64,000 nucleotides of DNA from Candidatus Hermodarchaeota archaeon (GTDB lineage Archaea; Asgardarchaeota; Lokiarchaeia; Sigyniarchaeales; SOKP01): contig JBHLLG010000004.1 in assembly GCA_048885925.1 (NCBI GenBank), forward strand, positions 41,617 through 105,616. The letters run 5' to 3'. The notes under the pieces were generated by a model that worked only from the letters and a program-made list of their open reading frames with translations, had not been told where the DNA came from and did not search any database. Shown piece by piece: positions 1 to 10,186 of the stretch. The translations under genes and the position numbers were made by a program. Each line of letters opens with the position of its first letter. The first letter of the stretch is position 1.

Positions 1-2
1 GT

Positions 3-116
3 GGAGGACTATTAGCCTTAGCTCAAGAAGGCGCTAAGAGAGCAACCCGAAAAGTTCCTATAAAATATATGGTTGTAGGGATTCAAGGAAATATAATAAA
101 AGAAGAATGGATCTAA
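3..116 (+). CDS. C-terminal end of a gene running in from the left edge (possibly an Fe-S cluster protein)
   Basis: Open frame GGLLALAQEGAKRATRKVPIKYMVVGIQGNIIKEEWI* ending in TAA at 114-116; truncated by the window. Confidence 0.55.
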   Translation, partial: GGLLALAQEGAKRATRKVPIKYMVVGIQGNIIKEEWI

Positions 117-133
117 TTTTTTTTTAATAATTT

Positions 134-787
134 TTATTTTTTAAGCAAAACTTTTTTCTTAATGATTTTTCTTAACATTACTGATAAAGCTGCCTTAGAT
201 TTCCCTATTTGGTTAGCTAATTCTTCTAATGAAATCTTTCGAGGAACTTCGAAAAATCCTGAAGTGATGGCTTTATCGAGAATACTCAATTCATCATAAG
301 TCAATTTGTTTTTATCATTTTCAAGGATGTATGGGGAAACACCAATCCTTAATAATTCAAAATCAATTCTTTTTTGTTCAAAAAGAGTTAATAGCTGATC
401 TATCCGTTCTCTACTTGCTATCAACCTCCAATAAGCAAATCCCTCTTCAACTCTTACGGGAAAGTCTACAAGAACACCACACTTTATTATGGCATACAAC
501 AAATAAGGATCCTTTGTTTTAACATTGAATTTAACTCGACTTTCTTCCTTTTCTATGATATTCAGTTCAAAAACTGAGGGATGATTTCTAACTTGTTCAA
601 GAATAGAATCAATATTATAATGCAGAATTTCAATTACACTGTTACCAATAGATTTTTCAAGATCATAAGGAAGAAAATGTGAAATCTCCATCTTGATATC
701 AGGAAAATTTTTGAAAATTTCAGAAATCCATATTTGTTCTGGAAACTTAATCTTTATTCTTGCTAAGCTTGGTTTTTCCGTAGCCAT
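134..787 (-). CDS. Helix-turn-helix regulator, bacterio-opsin activator (HTH_10)-like C-terminal domain
   Basis: C-terminal LT..E..IL..A...GFFEVPRKISLEELA..IG.SK motif. Confidence 0.85.
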   Translation of the reverse strand: MATEKPSLARIKIKFPEQIWISEIFKNFPDIKMEISHFLPYDLEKSIGNSVIEILHYNIDSILEQVRNHPSVFELNIIEKEESRVKFNVKTKDPYLLYAIIKCGVLVDFPVRVEEGFAYWRLIASRERIDQLLTLFEQKRIDFELLRIGVSPYILENDKNKLTYDELSILDKAITSGFFEVPRKISLEELANQIGKSKAALSVMLRKIIKKKVLLKK

Positions 788-873
788 CTTGAAATATTAA
801 TGTTTAAGATTTTAAAACTTTATTTTTATACATAATGATTAATTATTAATAAAAACAATTTAAATGCATTATT

Positions 874-1473
874 ATGGTAGAAAAGAAGAATTTATTACTT
901 GGAATATCTGGTAGCCCAAGAAAACAGGGGACTGAATATGCTATCCAATATGCTTTAAATTATGCTGCTGAAAAGTTTGGATTTGAAACGGAATTTTGGA
1001 CTGTCAGAAATAAGGATATTAAGTTTTGTCTACATTGTGATTATTGCATTCGAGAAAAAAAGGGGTGTGTAAATAAAGATGATATGGAGGAACTCTATAC
1101 TAAATTAGAACAAGCTAATTTTTTTCTGTTTGGAACTCCTGTTTTCCAAGGAAACTTATCAGGACAAATTAAAACCGTTTTAGATCGATGTCGTGCAATG
1201 GTCGCTAAAACTCCCAACGTATTCAAGAATAAAATTGGAGCAGCACTAGCTGTTGGGGGAGATCGAAGTGGAGGACAAGAAATTGCAATTAGAGGTATTT
1301 TAGATTTTTTTCAACAAAATCATATAATAAGTGCTTCTGGTGGTGCTTTTGGGGCTAATTTAGGTGCTAGTCTGTGGAGTAGAGATATGGGAAAAGAAGG
1401 GATTGAAAAAGATGAAGAAGGTTTACGCACCATCCGAAAGGTAATAAAAAGATTAGTAGAATTTAAAAAATAA
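874..1473 (+). CDS. Iron-sulfur flavoprotein / NADPH-dependent FMN reductase (flavodoxin family)
   Basis: GISGSPRK, CLHCDYC....C cluster motif, GTPVF, RSGGQE. Confidence 0.9.
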   Translation: MVEKKNLLLGISGSPRKQGTEYAIQYALNYAAEKFGFETEFWTVRNKDIKFCLHCDYCIREKKGCVNKDDMEELYTKLEQANFFLFGTPVFQGNLSGQIKTVLDRCRAMVAKTPNVFKNKIGAALAVGGDRSGGQEIAIRGILDFFQQNHIISASGGAFGANLGASLWSRDMGKEGIEKDEEGLRTIRKVIKRLVEFKK

Positions 1474-1523
1474 TATTGAATTTTCCTAATTTATATTTAA
1501 ATTAGAATTTTTGTATTCAAATA

Positions 1524-1994
1524 ATGGAGAATGTGAAAGAAAAACAAAAAAAAAAGAAGTATCAGATAAAGATTCTTTTGTTAATAGAATCAATTTTATT
1601 GATTATAGGGATATCATTTACAATGATCTCTAATATCTTGGACAATGAGTCAATTTTTCATAAATTATGTGGAGTTACATCCGGATTAATTCTTTTTATA
1701 TTTATAACCACTTGTGTTTTTTATATAGACATTAGATCACCAGAAGAAGTGAAAGTACCAATTGATAAGAAGAAAAATTTAACAAAAAATATTATTGTTG
1801 CAACTCTAGTCTTTAGCGGATTTGGACTAATGATAATAACAGTATATTTAAATATTTTTATCGAAGATCATCCAACTATTGCTCAATTTTGTTCTTATGG
1901 AGGGGAACTGGGTTTTATTATTATGATTTCTGGATATGTTTTAGCGATAATTCTTTTTATAGAAAAACCAAAAAAAGAAAAACCAAAAGAATAA
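1524..1994 (+). CDS. Hypothetical 4-TM membrane protein (two similar hairpins)
   Basis: Four hydrophobic segments flanked by Lys-rich ends. Confidence 0.7.
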   Translation: MENVKEKQKKKKYQIKILLLIESILLIIGISFTMISNILDNESIFHKLCGVTSGLILFIFITTCVFYIDIRSPEEVKVPIDKKKNLTKNIIVATLVFSGFGLMIITVYLNIFIEDHPTIAQFCSYGGELGFIIMISGYVLAIILFIEKPKKEKPKE

Positions 1995-2035
1995 ATAAAG
2001 AATTAGATAAAAAATTTCAATGTATTTAAAAAAAT

Positions 2036-2329
2036 CTATTTCACTCCGAATAATTTTTTTGCTTCTTTTTCTCTAAGACCAGAAACACCCCAGAGTTCTT
2101 TAAACCAATATTTTCCTTTATGTATTACCACTGGTGTGTTCACAATACATCCATCAACATCACAGAAGGTTTTTAGAAAGTTGTCATCATGTAATAGCTC
2201 ATGTACAAATTCCTCATCATTTATGTCTCGTTCAATATATCTAACTTCATTCTTATTTAACCAGTCCTTTAGATCATGACAAAGGTGACAGTCCTCTTTT
2301 GTTATTACGATAGGTGTTTTAGCTTCCAT
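2036..2329 (-). CDS. Glutaredoxin-like protein
   Basis: TKEDCHLC active site, TPVV cis-Pro motif. Confidence 0.8.
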   Translation of the reverse strand: MEAKTPIVITKEDCHLCHDLKDWLNKNEVRYIERDINDEEFVHELLHDDNFLKTFCDVDGCIVNTPVVIHKGKYWFKELWGVSGLREKEAKKLFGVK

Positions 2330-2542
2330 ATTAAAAAGATAACTAAAAATAATAAAAAAGCTTTTTCTTCTGAATTATAAATTGTATAAGGTAAAATTGA
2401 TTAGTTAAAAAATTTTAAAATAAATCTTATTGAAATTAAAAATAAACCATGAATTTTTACTTTTTTTTTACTTCATTTTCGAATAAATTTAATAAATTAT
2501 TATAATTAGATTCTTATTTCTTATTCTTATTTTTATCTTAAG

Positions 2543-2992
2543 ATGGATCAAAAAACTCGGAATGAAGTATTTAATAGTCATATAAAAATACTATTTCATA
2601 GTACTGATTGGAAAGAAAGAGCATTCGCAGCGCAAAATCTTGGTCAATTAGGAGAAGCTAGGGCGACTAATATGTTAACAAGAGCTTTAAAGTCTGAAAA
2701 AGATGCTGGTGTCATTAATCAAATTATTAAAGCGATGGGTGAGATTGGTGATTCAAAAGCTACTATGATAATAATAGATTATTTGAAAAAAGAATTGGAA
2801 AAACCCGAAAAAGAACAAGATAAAACGAGGCTATTTATTATCTTAGAGAGTCTTATGAAAATTGGAGATAAGCGAGCGCTTGAACATTTAGGAATACTAT
2901 TAGATTCTTGTCATAGTGATATTAGAAAACTCACAGAAGAGGCTTTTGATTGTATCGATCCAAAATGGAAACTTAATATTAAATCCATTTAA
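2543..2992 (+). CDS. HEAT/PBS-lyase repeat protein
   Basis: Repeated A..LG.LG..RA / MGEIGDSKA / LMKIGDKRA units. Confidence 0.85.
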   Translation: MDQKTRNEVFNSHIKILFHSTDWKERAFAAQNLGQLGEARATNMLTRALKSEKDAGVINQIIKAMGEIGDSKATMIIIDYLKKELEKPEKEQDKTRLFIILESLMKIGDKRALEHLGILLDSCHSDIRKLTEEAFDCIDPKWKLNIKSI

Positions 2993-3030
2993 TTCAAAAA
3001 TTTTTTAAAAAATGAGGAGAAAATAAAAGT

Positions 3031-3342
3031 ATGTCTGAAATTATTAATAAATTAGCACAAACCGTTGATGGTTCCAAGAAAAGTAGAGATATTACTATTT
3101 TAACATTATCTACTTGTATGTGGTGTAAGAAATGCAAGGCGTGGTTAAATGAGCGTGATGTTAAATATAGATATGTTGATGTTGATAAAATAAATTTTGA
3201 TGATAAATCAAAAATAATGGATTACTTAATAAATAAATACAATTCTCGTGTGTCTTATCCATTTATGATCTGTGATGGTGAGATTGTAGTAGGCTATAAT
3301 CCAAATAAATACGAAGAATTATTAAAAGCTGGAGGAAATTAA
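3031..3342 (+). CDS. Glutaredoxin family protein
   Basis: LSTCMWCKK, SYPFMICDGEIVVGY; adjacent to FTR. Confidence 0.9.
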   Translation: MSEIINKLAQTVDGSKKSRDITILTLSTCMWCKKCKAWLNERDVKYRYVDVDKINFDDKSKIMDYLINKYNSRVSYPFMICDGEIVVGYNPNKYEELLKAGGN

Positions 3343-3343
3343 G

Positions 3344-3709
3344 ATGGATATGAAAACTAAGGAAGGAATGAAAGAGTATTGTAATAAGGTATGTAAAACC
3401 AATAATTGGATATTAAATAAAGATCAAGAAACACTCAATAATTTAATCGATGGTTTAGTAGATAATAAGAACAATATTGGTTACCAATCCTGTCCTTGTC
3501 GTCTTGCCTCAGGTAATCGAGATTTAGACAGGGATTTAATATGTCCTTGTGATTATGCTCCATTAGATATAAAGGAATATGGCGCATGCTACTGCAATTT
3601 ATATCTGCGTTCAGATTTCTATGATACAATAGGAAAAAAGTATATCGTTGTTCCTGAAAGAAGACCTTTAGAGAAAGAAAAAGCTGTTTTAAATTATTTT
3701 AAAAAATAA
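3344..3709 (+). CDS. Ferredoxin-thioredoxin reductase catalytic subunit
   Basis: CPCR...ICPC...GACYC signature. Confidence 0.92.
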   Translation: MDMKTKEGMKEYCNKVCKTNNWILNKDQETLNNLIDGLVDNKNNIGYQSCPCRLASGNRDLDRDLICPCDYAPLDIKEYGACYCNLYLRSDFYDTIGKKYIVVPERRPLEKEKAVLNYFKK

Positions 3710-3818
3710 ATCTCAATAATATTTCCCTTTTTTTCGGTTAATGTGATATAACTAATTTTAAATTCACTTTTTTTCTATAAATAAAATCCTTAAATATTAC
3801 ATTTTCTCTTTGTTAATT

Positions 3819-3977
3819 ATGCCAGATAAAGAAATTACTGATGATGAATTAGAAAAGGAACTCGATAAAGCATTTAAAGAAAGCGAAAGATTAAGAGATC
3901 ATTGTGGAACCCCTTTACCAAGTAATAAAGAGGTGGGTGTTCAAAGAACAGATGTAAAATTGAAAAAGGATAAGTAA
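3819..3977 (+). CDS. Small hypothetical protein (52 aa), not in ORF track
   Basis: ATG..TAA: MPDKEITDDELEKELDKAFKESERLRDHCGTPLPSNKEVGVQRTDVKLKKDK; coding-like composition in an otherwise empty gap. Confidence 0.55.
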   Translation: MPDKEITDDELEKELDKAFKESERLRDHCGTPLPSNKEVGVQRTDVKLKKDK

Positions 3978-4070
3978 ATATTAATATAATTTAATTTTTG
4001 TTTATTTTTTTATCTTGTCTATCTTGATTCGACATTTGAATTTTAAAAAAAAGAATTTAATAAAAAAGCT

Positions 4071-5120
4071 TCAATCTATCTTTTCAACAATTTTTAATTT
4101 AGTAATAGCACCAATCTCATTAAATTCACTAGGACTTAGTTCAATATTTTTTCCTGTTAAAGTATTTGCTATTGTAGCTGCTAATATTCCCCATGGACAT
4201 ATAGAGTTAATTAATTCTTCAGGTTTCATATAAGATCTAACAACTGATGTAGAACAGTTTATTGATTCGACAGTAAATTCATGTTCAGAGATCCATTTTA
4301 TTTTTAATTTCTCAGCCATACCGATTTTTTCAAATTTAGTCATTGCGATTTCCATAGCTTCATTTAAATTATGGCTTTTTAATTCCTCTAGATTTAATCC
4401 AATTTTTTCAGCATATCTTTCCAAAAATTCATAAGTTTTTGGAAAAACATATTTATATAGTACTGGAGTTCCAACTAACTCCTTAGCACTCCCTTCATAG
4501 CCAAATGTAATTCCGTGCAAAATCATAGAAACACCATGTAAATTTCTCATTTTTTCAGGTCTTCCAAATATTGTTCTTCTAAATAAAGATATAAGGAATA
4601 GACAAGTTCCGCCTAAAAATGGAATGAGAGCTGTCCATAGAAATGAATCAGGGACTAAGCCTAATGTAATTGGATAGATATAAATTTTTGCATCATAATA
4701 ATTATAAATACTTGTCCAATAGGACATACTCCATCCAATTACACCTAATGGTCCAATAATATGCCCATATTTGTAGATCTCATCTTTTTTAAATTTAGCG
4801 ATAATTATTTTTATGGTAATTAATACTAACGCACCAAAACCCCCGATCCAAGTGTGTGCCCATAGTCCAGAAGGTGTAAATAAATATGGATTATTAGATT
4901 TTATATAAGAATCTAACATAATTAAACATAATATCATTGCTACGTAAAAGATAATAATTTCGATTCGCCCATACCATTTATGAAATTTTATTAAGGGAAT
5001 ATCTCCCTTCATATTGTTTAAATCTCTGATATTCGAGAGTCCAATTAAAGAATTTGCAATAACAAAACAATAGCCTATTAATGACATGAAAACCATAAAT
5101 TCTATTAAAACTTCTGACAT
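4071..5120 (-). CDS. Membrane protein (His-bearing TM helices, cytochrome b-like) fused to a V4R/methanogen-output-like domain
   Basis: About 5 TMs with FHKWYG, WAHTW, YGHII; C-terminal INC...ICPWG..A...TG. Confidence 0.6.
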   Translation of the reverse strand: MSEVLIEFMVFMSLIGYCFVIANSLIGLSNIRDLNNMKGDIPLIKFHKWYGRIEIIIFYVAMILCLIMLDSYIKSNNPYLFTPSGLWAHTWIGGFGALVLITIKIIIAKFKKDEIYKYGHIIGPLGVIGWSMSYWTSIYNYYDAKIYIYPITLGLVPDSFLWTALIPFLGGTCLFLISLFRRTIFGRPEKMRNLHGVSMILHGITFGYEGSAKELVGTPVLYKYVFPKTYEFLERYAEKIGLNLEELKSHNLNEAMEIAMTKFEKIGMAEKLKIKWISEHEFTVESINCSTSVVRSYMKPEELINSICPWGILAATIANTLTGKNIELSPSEFNEIGAITKLKIVEKID

Positions 5121-5253
5121 TTTCCATCTCTCAAGTACATTTTAGATTTTTTAAAATTTAATCAAATAATTTTTAATTAATAACTATGTTTTACGACAAT
5201 ATTAAGGTTATATCTATAATTTATGTAGTTAAAATAAAAATCAAGAGAATGTT

Positions 5254-6357
5254 CTAAAACTGTTTAAAAATAGAAAAACATAAGTTTTGAATTACTTCAA
5301 AATTGTTATAATCTTCAACATTTCCTATCAATATCAACGCATAATTATTTAAGTTCAAACAAATCGTAGTAATCCTTTCTCCTCCTATAGAAGCATTATA
5401 TAATGTTCTATTATATATTTCTTCACTAGTTTTTTTTGAGGCGGTTAAAAAACTGATAGTTTCAGGAATAAAATTAGAACAATCATATGTAGAATCAAAA
5501 ATTCTAGAAAATAATATTTTCCCTAATAAATCAACTAAAAAAACTTGCTTAATTTTAGTATCCCATTTAACACTCTCGAATTTTTCTTCTAATTTCTTTG
5601 GTTTTTTAATGTATTTTTCCTTAGCTCTAAAAAAATCCAAAGATAAATATTGATTTTCATAATTTTCTAACAATTGATATTGTCTAATGATTAAAATTGC
5701 ATCTCGTTTCTCAACAAGTAGATTCTCATTTCGAACAGTATTAAGTAAGATCCATTTTAACTTCTCATTTAGATTATTATAATATAATAAGTTTGCAGAA
5801 TTTATAATAAGAGGAATAAGAAAACTTAATCTATCTTTATTAATATATTGTTTAGCATATATATAGTAAATGATTCCACTTTTATGTTCAAGAAAAATAA
5901 TTGATTTTAAAATTCCAAGTTTTTGGATCTTTTTTATAGAGTCTTCTAAAACATCAATTCCATGTGAGTATAAAATATCTTCTACATTTTTATCAAATTT
6001 TTGAAATTCAGAAATTTCACCATCAAATTCTCGATTTAGTATTGAACTAAATTCTATTGTAAAATCATCCATAATTTTATGGATTAAAGAATGTAATAGT
6101 TCAATAAATTCTTCATTTTTAGTTGTTACTACAAAGGTCAGTTTTTGGTGATATTTTTCAAATTTCTCAAAAATTATTTGAGTTTCTTTTAATTTTAAAG
6201 ATTTGATATCTTCTCCTCTTTCAAAGACTGCAAATGTATTTATTGCGGTTAAAAAACCGCTAAATAAATCATCATCAGTAGAAGTTCCTTTTCCTGAAGG
6301 ATGCCAATTATATAATAATGTTCCCGCTTCATTGAAAATTAATAAATCTTCAATCAT
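5254..6357 (-). CDS. Longin/roadblock multi-domain protein (eukaryotic signature protein)
   Basis: MIEDLLIFNEAGTLLY...DDDLFSGFLTAINTF longin start; two further beta-turn-beta starts (IIFLEHKSGIIYY; VFLVDLLGKILFS). Confidence 0.75.
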   Translation of the reverse strand: MIEDLLIFNEAGTLLYNWHPSGKGTSTDDDLFSGFLTAINTFAVFERGEDIKSLKLKETQIIFEKFEKYHQKLTFVVTTKNEEFIELLHSLIHKIMDDFTIEFSSILNREFDGEISEFQKFDKNVEDILYSHGIDVLEDSIKKIQKLGILKSIIFLEHKSGIIYYIYAKQYINKDRLSFLIPLIINSANLLYYNNLNEKLKWILLNTVRNENLLVEKRDAILIIRQYQLLENYENQYLSLDFFRAKEKYIKKPKKLEEKFESVKWDTKIKQVFLVDLLGKILFSRIFDSTYDCSNFIPETISFLTASKKTSEEIYNRTLYNASIGGERITTICLNLNNYALILIGNVEDYNNFEVIQNLCFSIFKQF

Positions 6358-6528
6358 TTCATTTGGTATATATGATTTTTCTATTAAAAATTATCCTTAA
6401 TTTTGGATAAAATTTTAATTTAATAATTAATAACAATGATCTTTTTAAATCAATAATTAAAGCTTTTCTTAATAAACTTTTAAGTTTTAAAAATAAGTAT
6501 TCTAAGGATTAATAATTGTTAATTAATT

Positions 6529-7518
6529 GTGATATTCATGGAAGAGAGAATAAAAGGAAGAAAGAATTATCCTACTGATGAAATAGATCCGAAAAACTTT
6601 CTAAGTGATGAGCTTGTAAAGGATATGATTAATAAGAAAGATAATATTCATTTTAATTCAAATGATTTTTATAAACTCTACAATTGTGTCCATTGTGGAG
6701 AATGTGAAACTGAAATGGAGCGAATTTCATTAAAAGAAAAATATATCGAAGAAGGAAATATATTTGAAGGAGTTGATGAGATGAGAGATTATTTTAACGA
6801 ATTTAGATCACCATATCCTAGTAATAAGATGCGAATTAAAAGACTAAAGGGAATTTCTAGAGATTCTGATACTCTCTTTTTCATGGGTTGTCTCTCCACG
6901 ATAAGGATTCCTCAATATACTCAACATGCACTTCAATATTTAATACAACAAGAGGTAGATTTCACTATTTTAAATACCGAAATTTGCTGTGGATGGCATC
7001 TTAAGATTAGTGGATTAAAAAAGGAATTTGAAACATGTATAAATGAAAATATAAATATTTTTAATTCAAAAAAATTCAAAGAGATAATTTGTTTATGTCC
7101 TGCGTGTTTTTATCTATTTAAAAATGAAATGGATGGTTTAAACGCAGAAGTAAAATATATTTCTGATTATATAAAACCTTCAAATCTACATAAATCAGGT
7201 AGAGTAGGAGTGCAACATTTGTGTCAATTAATGAACAGAGATAAAGAAGGAATAGATAAATTTATAGTTGACATACTTAAAAGTGCAGGTTACAAAGTTG
7301 TAGATATCCCCCATTGGTGCTGTGGTGGAGGATCTGGTTGGATGGGACGAACAGATGTAATAGAAAAGATTGCTCAAAAAAGAATGTCTGATTTTGATCG
7401 AGAAGATCTTGACTACGTTACAAGTTATTGTCCTTCTTGCTGGTGGATATTAAGGAGATTTAGTAAACAATGTAAAATTCACCCTAAAGCTATCGATCTT
7501 TTTGAATTATTACTCTGA
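6529..7518 (+). CDS. CCG-domain Fe-S oxidoreductase (HdrD/GlpC-like)
   Basis: CVHCGEC, FFMGC, EICCG, CPAC, CCGGGSG, CPSC. Confidence 0.85.
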   Translation: MIFMEERIKGRKNYPTDEIDPKNFLSDELVKDMINKKDNIHFNSNDFYKLYNCVHCGECETEMERISLKEKYIEEGNIFEGVDEMRDYFNEFRSPYPSNKMRIKRLKGISRDSDTLFFMGCLSTIRIPQYTQHALQYLIQQEVDFTILNTEICCGWHLKISGLKKEFETCINENINIFNSKKFKEIICLCPACFYLFKNEMDGLNAEVKYISDYIKPSNLHKSGRVGVQHLCQLMNRDKEGIDKFIVDILKSAGYKVVDIPHWCCGGGSGWMGRTDVIEKIAQKRMSDFDREDLDYVTSYCPSCWWILRRFSKQCKIHPKAIDLFELLL

Positions 7519-7560
7519 AACCAAAAAAATACGGTATTATATATTAATATAAGAAAATTT

Positions 7561-7799
7561 CTATTTATATACCTCAGGAATTACAATAATAAAATAAATA
7601 CCTTGTCTATAATTATTTTCAATACGATTTTTAACCCAAATTTTACCATGATAACTTTCTATTATCTTCTTTACTAAGGTTAGTCCAATTCCCATTCCTC
7701 TTACACTATTTTCTTTCTTATATCCTTTTTGAAAGATTAACTCTTTTTTTTATCTGTAATCCCAATTCCATAATCCTTAATTTCTAATTTGATTTTCAT
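7561..7799 (-). pseudogene. Frameshifted remnant of a histidine kinase ATPase (HATPase_c) C-terminus
   Basis: KDYGIGITDKK / (frameshift in 8-A run) ELIFQKG..RGMGIGLTLVKKIIESYHGKIWV: G1, F and G2 boxes. Confidence 0.75.
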
Positions 7800-8170
7800 C
7801 AAAGAGGAATAAAGAAACACAGTCTGCTTTGGTTAGATTACCTATGTCTTCAAAGGAGAAATTGATAGCTTTATCAAGATTTATTCTAACTACAAATCGA
7901 GAAGAAATTATAGATATGACTTTTTCAAATTTTAATCGACTTTTAAGCGACACTTTAGTACATCTTGATGAAGAGATTTAAAAATAAATCTGATATTATT
8001 AATAGTCTATAGATAAAGCTTAATCTGAAAATATGATATAGTAAATATTTTTAAATTTGTTGAGAGGTAAAAATGGTTTTTTAAAAAGGAGAATCTCTCA
8101 ATAGATTGTTAGTATTAGAAATTAATTTAAGAAATTTAATAAATTTAGGAAATTTTTTAAATTTGATTGG

Positions 8171-9323
8171 TGTGGAAACTAATAATAATATTATAGAAAA
8201 AACTGTTGAAAAAAAGTCGAAAAAGTTTACTTTAAGAGAATTTGGTGGTGCATTTGGAGATTGGGGTACTTTAATTCCATTTGTGATTGGTTATATTTCA
8301 ATAGTAGGATTAAGCCCCGCTGGAATATTCTTGACATTAGGTTTAACCAATATCGTAATGGGGATAAAATTTGACCTTCCTCTTCCAGTACAACCGCAAA
8401 AAACAATTGGGACTGTTGCTATATCAAAAAAATGGGATCCAAATATAGTCATCTCAACAGGATTTGGTACTGGAGTAGTATGGTTTATTCTGGGATTTTC
8501 AAAAAAACTCAATCAAATTGTGAGTAAAGTTCCAATTATTGCGGTGAGAGGTATACAACTAGGATTAGCATTGATATTAGGATGGACGGGAATTAAATTA
8601 TTCTCAGATAATCTAATACTTGGGTTTATCTCAATTCTAATAATATTAATTTTAATTAAAAATAAACCTATTCCATCTGCCATTATTCTTACCTTTGGAG
8701 GAATATTATTAATGTTCTTTTCTGGTGTTGTTAATTTTTCAGAATTAGAATTTGGGGTCCCATTGTTAACTTTTCAGATCCCTTTATGGAATAATCTTTT
8801 AATTGGGATGTTATATGCAGGAATTGCGCAAATATTTCTAACTCTGACAAATGTTATGGTTGCAACGGTTGTATTAATTAAAGAACTCTTTCCAGAGAAA
8901 GAGTTTGTTGATGCAAATACTTTAGCTTTTAATATGGGTGCTATGAATTTGATAAATCCCTTTTTAGCGGGAATGCCTTTATGTCATGGATCAGGCGGAT
9001 TAATGGCACAATACGCTTTTGGAGCTAGAACTGGTGGTTCTATGATATTGGAAGGAATAATGGAAATTATTCTAGGATTATTTTTTTCTGAAACGTTACT
9101 TTTACTTTTTATAAAGTTTCCAATGGCAATTTTAGGAGCTATGTTAATTTATACCGCTATTTTATTAGGAAAAATAGCATTTAAGGATTTTAATATAAAA
9201 TCATTCCCTATTGTATTAATCTCTGCTTTAATATGTCATTTCTTAAATATTGCTTTAGGTTTTTTAATTGGACTGATATTGTTCTACATTTTTAAAAACA
9301 AAATTGAATCTCCAAAAAATTGA
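8171..9323 (+). CDS. Putative molybdate/sulfate transporter (MOT1-like)
   Basis: EFGGAFGDWGT, PLPVQPQK, MPLCHGSGGL.AQYAFGARTGG; GTG at 8171 is a more likely start than 8106. Confidence 0.88.
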
Positions 9324-9462
9324 TTATTAAAATTGATCTTTTAAAATATTAATGTGATTTTATCTCATTTTATTCAATAATAAATTAGAAATATGTTTTT
9401 TTATAATTTAAACGAAAAATTCTTTTAAGTATGAAAGCAAATATTCATAATAGAATGAATTA

Positions 9463-10167
9463 ATGGGTGATTTTATGTTATTTTCTGAAAATGAGATAGG
9501 TAATATTAAAAGAGAAATGGGTAAATTAAAGGATAAAGTTATTTTAAAATTGTTTACTGATTTCAAAATCCAAGAGGATGGAAAAAAAGTAAGAAAATGT
9601 ATGGCTTGTGAAGGAGCATATGAGTTATTGAAAACTTTAGAAGATCTATCTGATGGTAAATTAAAAATAGAGGAAATATCCACGGAAGAAAATGAGGAAG
9701 AAGCAAAAAAGTATAATGTAACCAGAATTCCTGCTATATTATTTGTTGATGAAAATGATAAAGAAATAATTCGATACTCCGCTTATCCGACTGGATCAGA
9801 ATTTGTTCCTTTTCTTAACAGCATTCAATACTTCTCAGGTGTTAGACCTTATTATGCAGATCAAATCATTACACATCTAAAAAAGATAGATAATTCGAAA
9901 ATGAAGATTTTTATTACTCCAACTTGCCCGTATTGTCCCGCAACAGTACCAGTTCTTACATTATTTGCGATAATTAGTAAAGGAAAGGTTTCAGCCGAAG
10001 TAATTGATGTTGACTTAAATCCTGATATTGCTATGAAATATCAAGTTCAAGGAGTTCCGCACACAGTTATAAATGAGAAGGATCATATTTATGGAATGTT
10101 TACCCCTCAAGATCTTTTAGATAAACTTACAAAAGGTCAGAGAGATTTTGGAGGGATGTATGCTTAG
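9463..10167 (+). CDS. Protein disulfide oxidoreductase (two thioredoxin folds, AhpF-NTD-like)
   Basis: CMAC and TPTCPYCP motifs, QGVP. Confidence 0.88.
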   Translation: MGDFMLFSENEIGNIKREMGKLKDKVILKLFTDFKIQEDGKKVRKCMACEGAYELLKTLEDLSDGKLKIEEISTEENEEEAKKYNVTRIPAILFVDENDKEIIRYSAYPTGSEFVPFLNSIQYFSGVRPYYADQIITHLKKIDNSKMKIFITPTCPYCPATVPVLTLFAIISKGKVSAEVIDVDLNPDIAMKYQVQGVPHTVINEKDHIYGMFTPQDLLDKLTKGQRDFGGMYA

Positions 10168-10186
10168 GAAAGGTGATTCATAAAAA

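Noticed and set aside
8106-8170. N-terminal extension of the MOT1-like transporter
   Set aside because: Low-complexity AT-rich leader; GTG 8171 is more plausible
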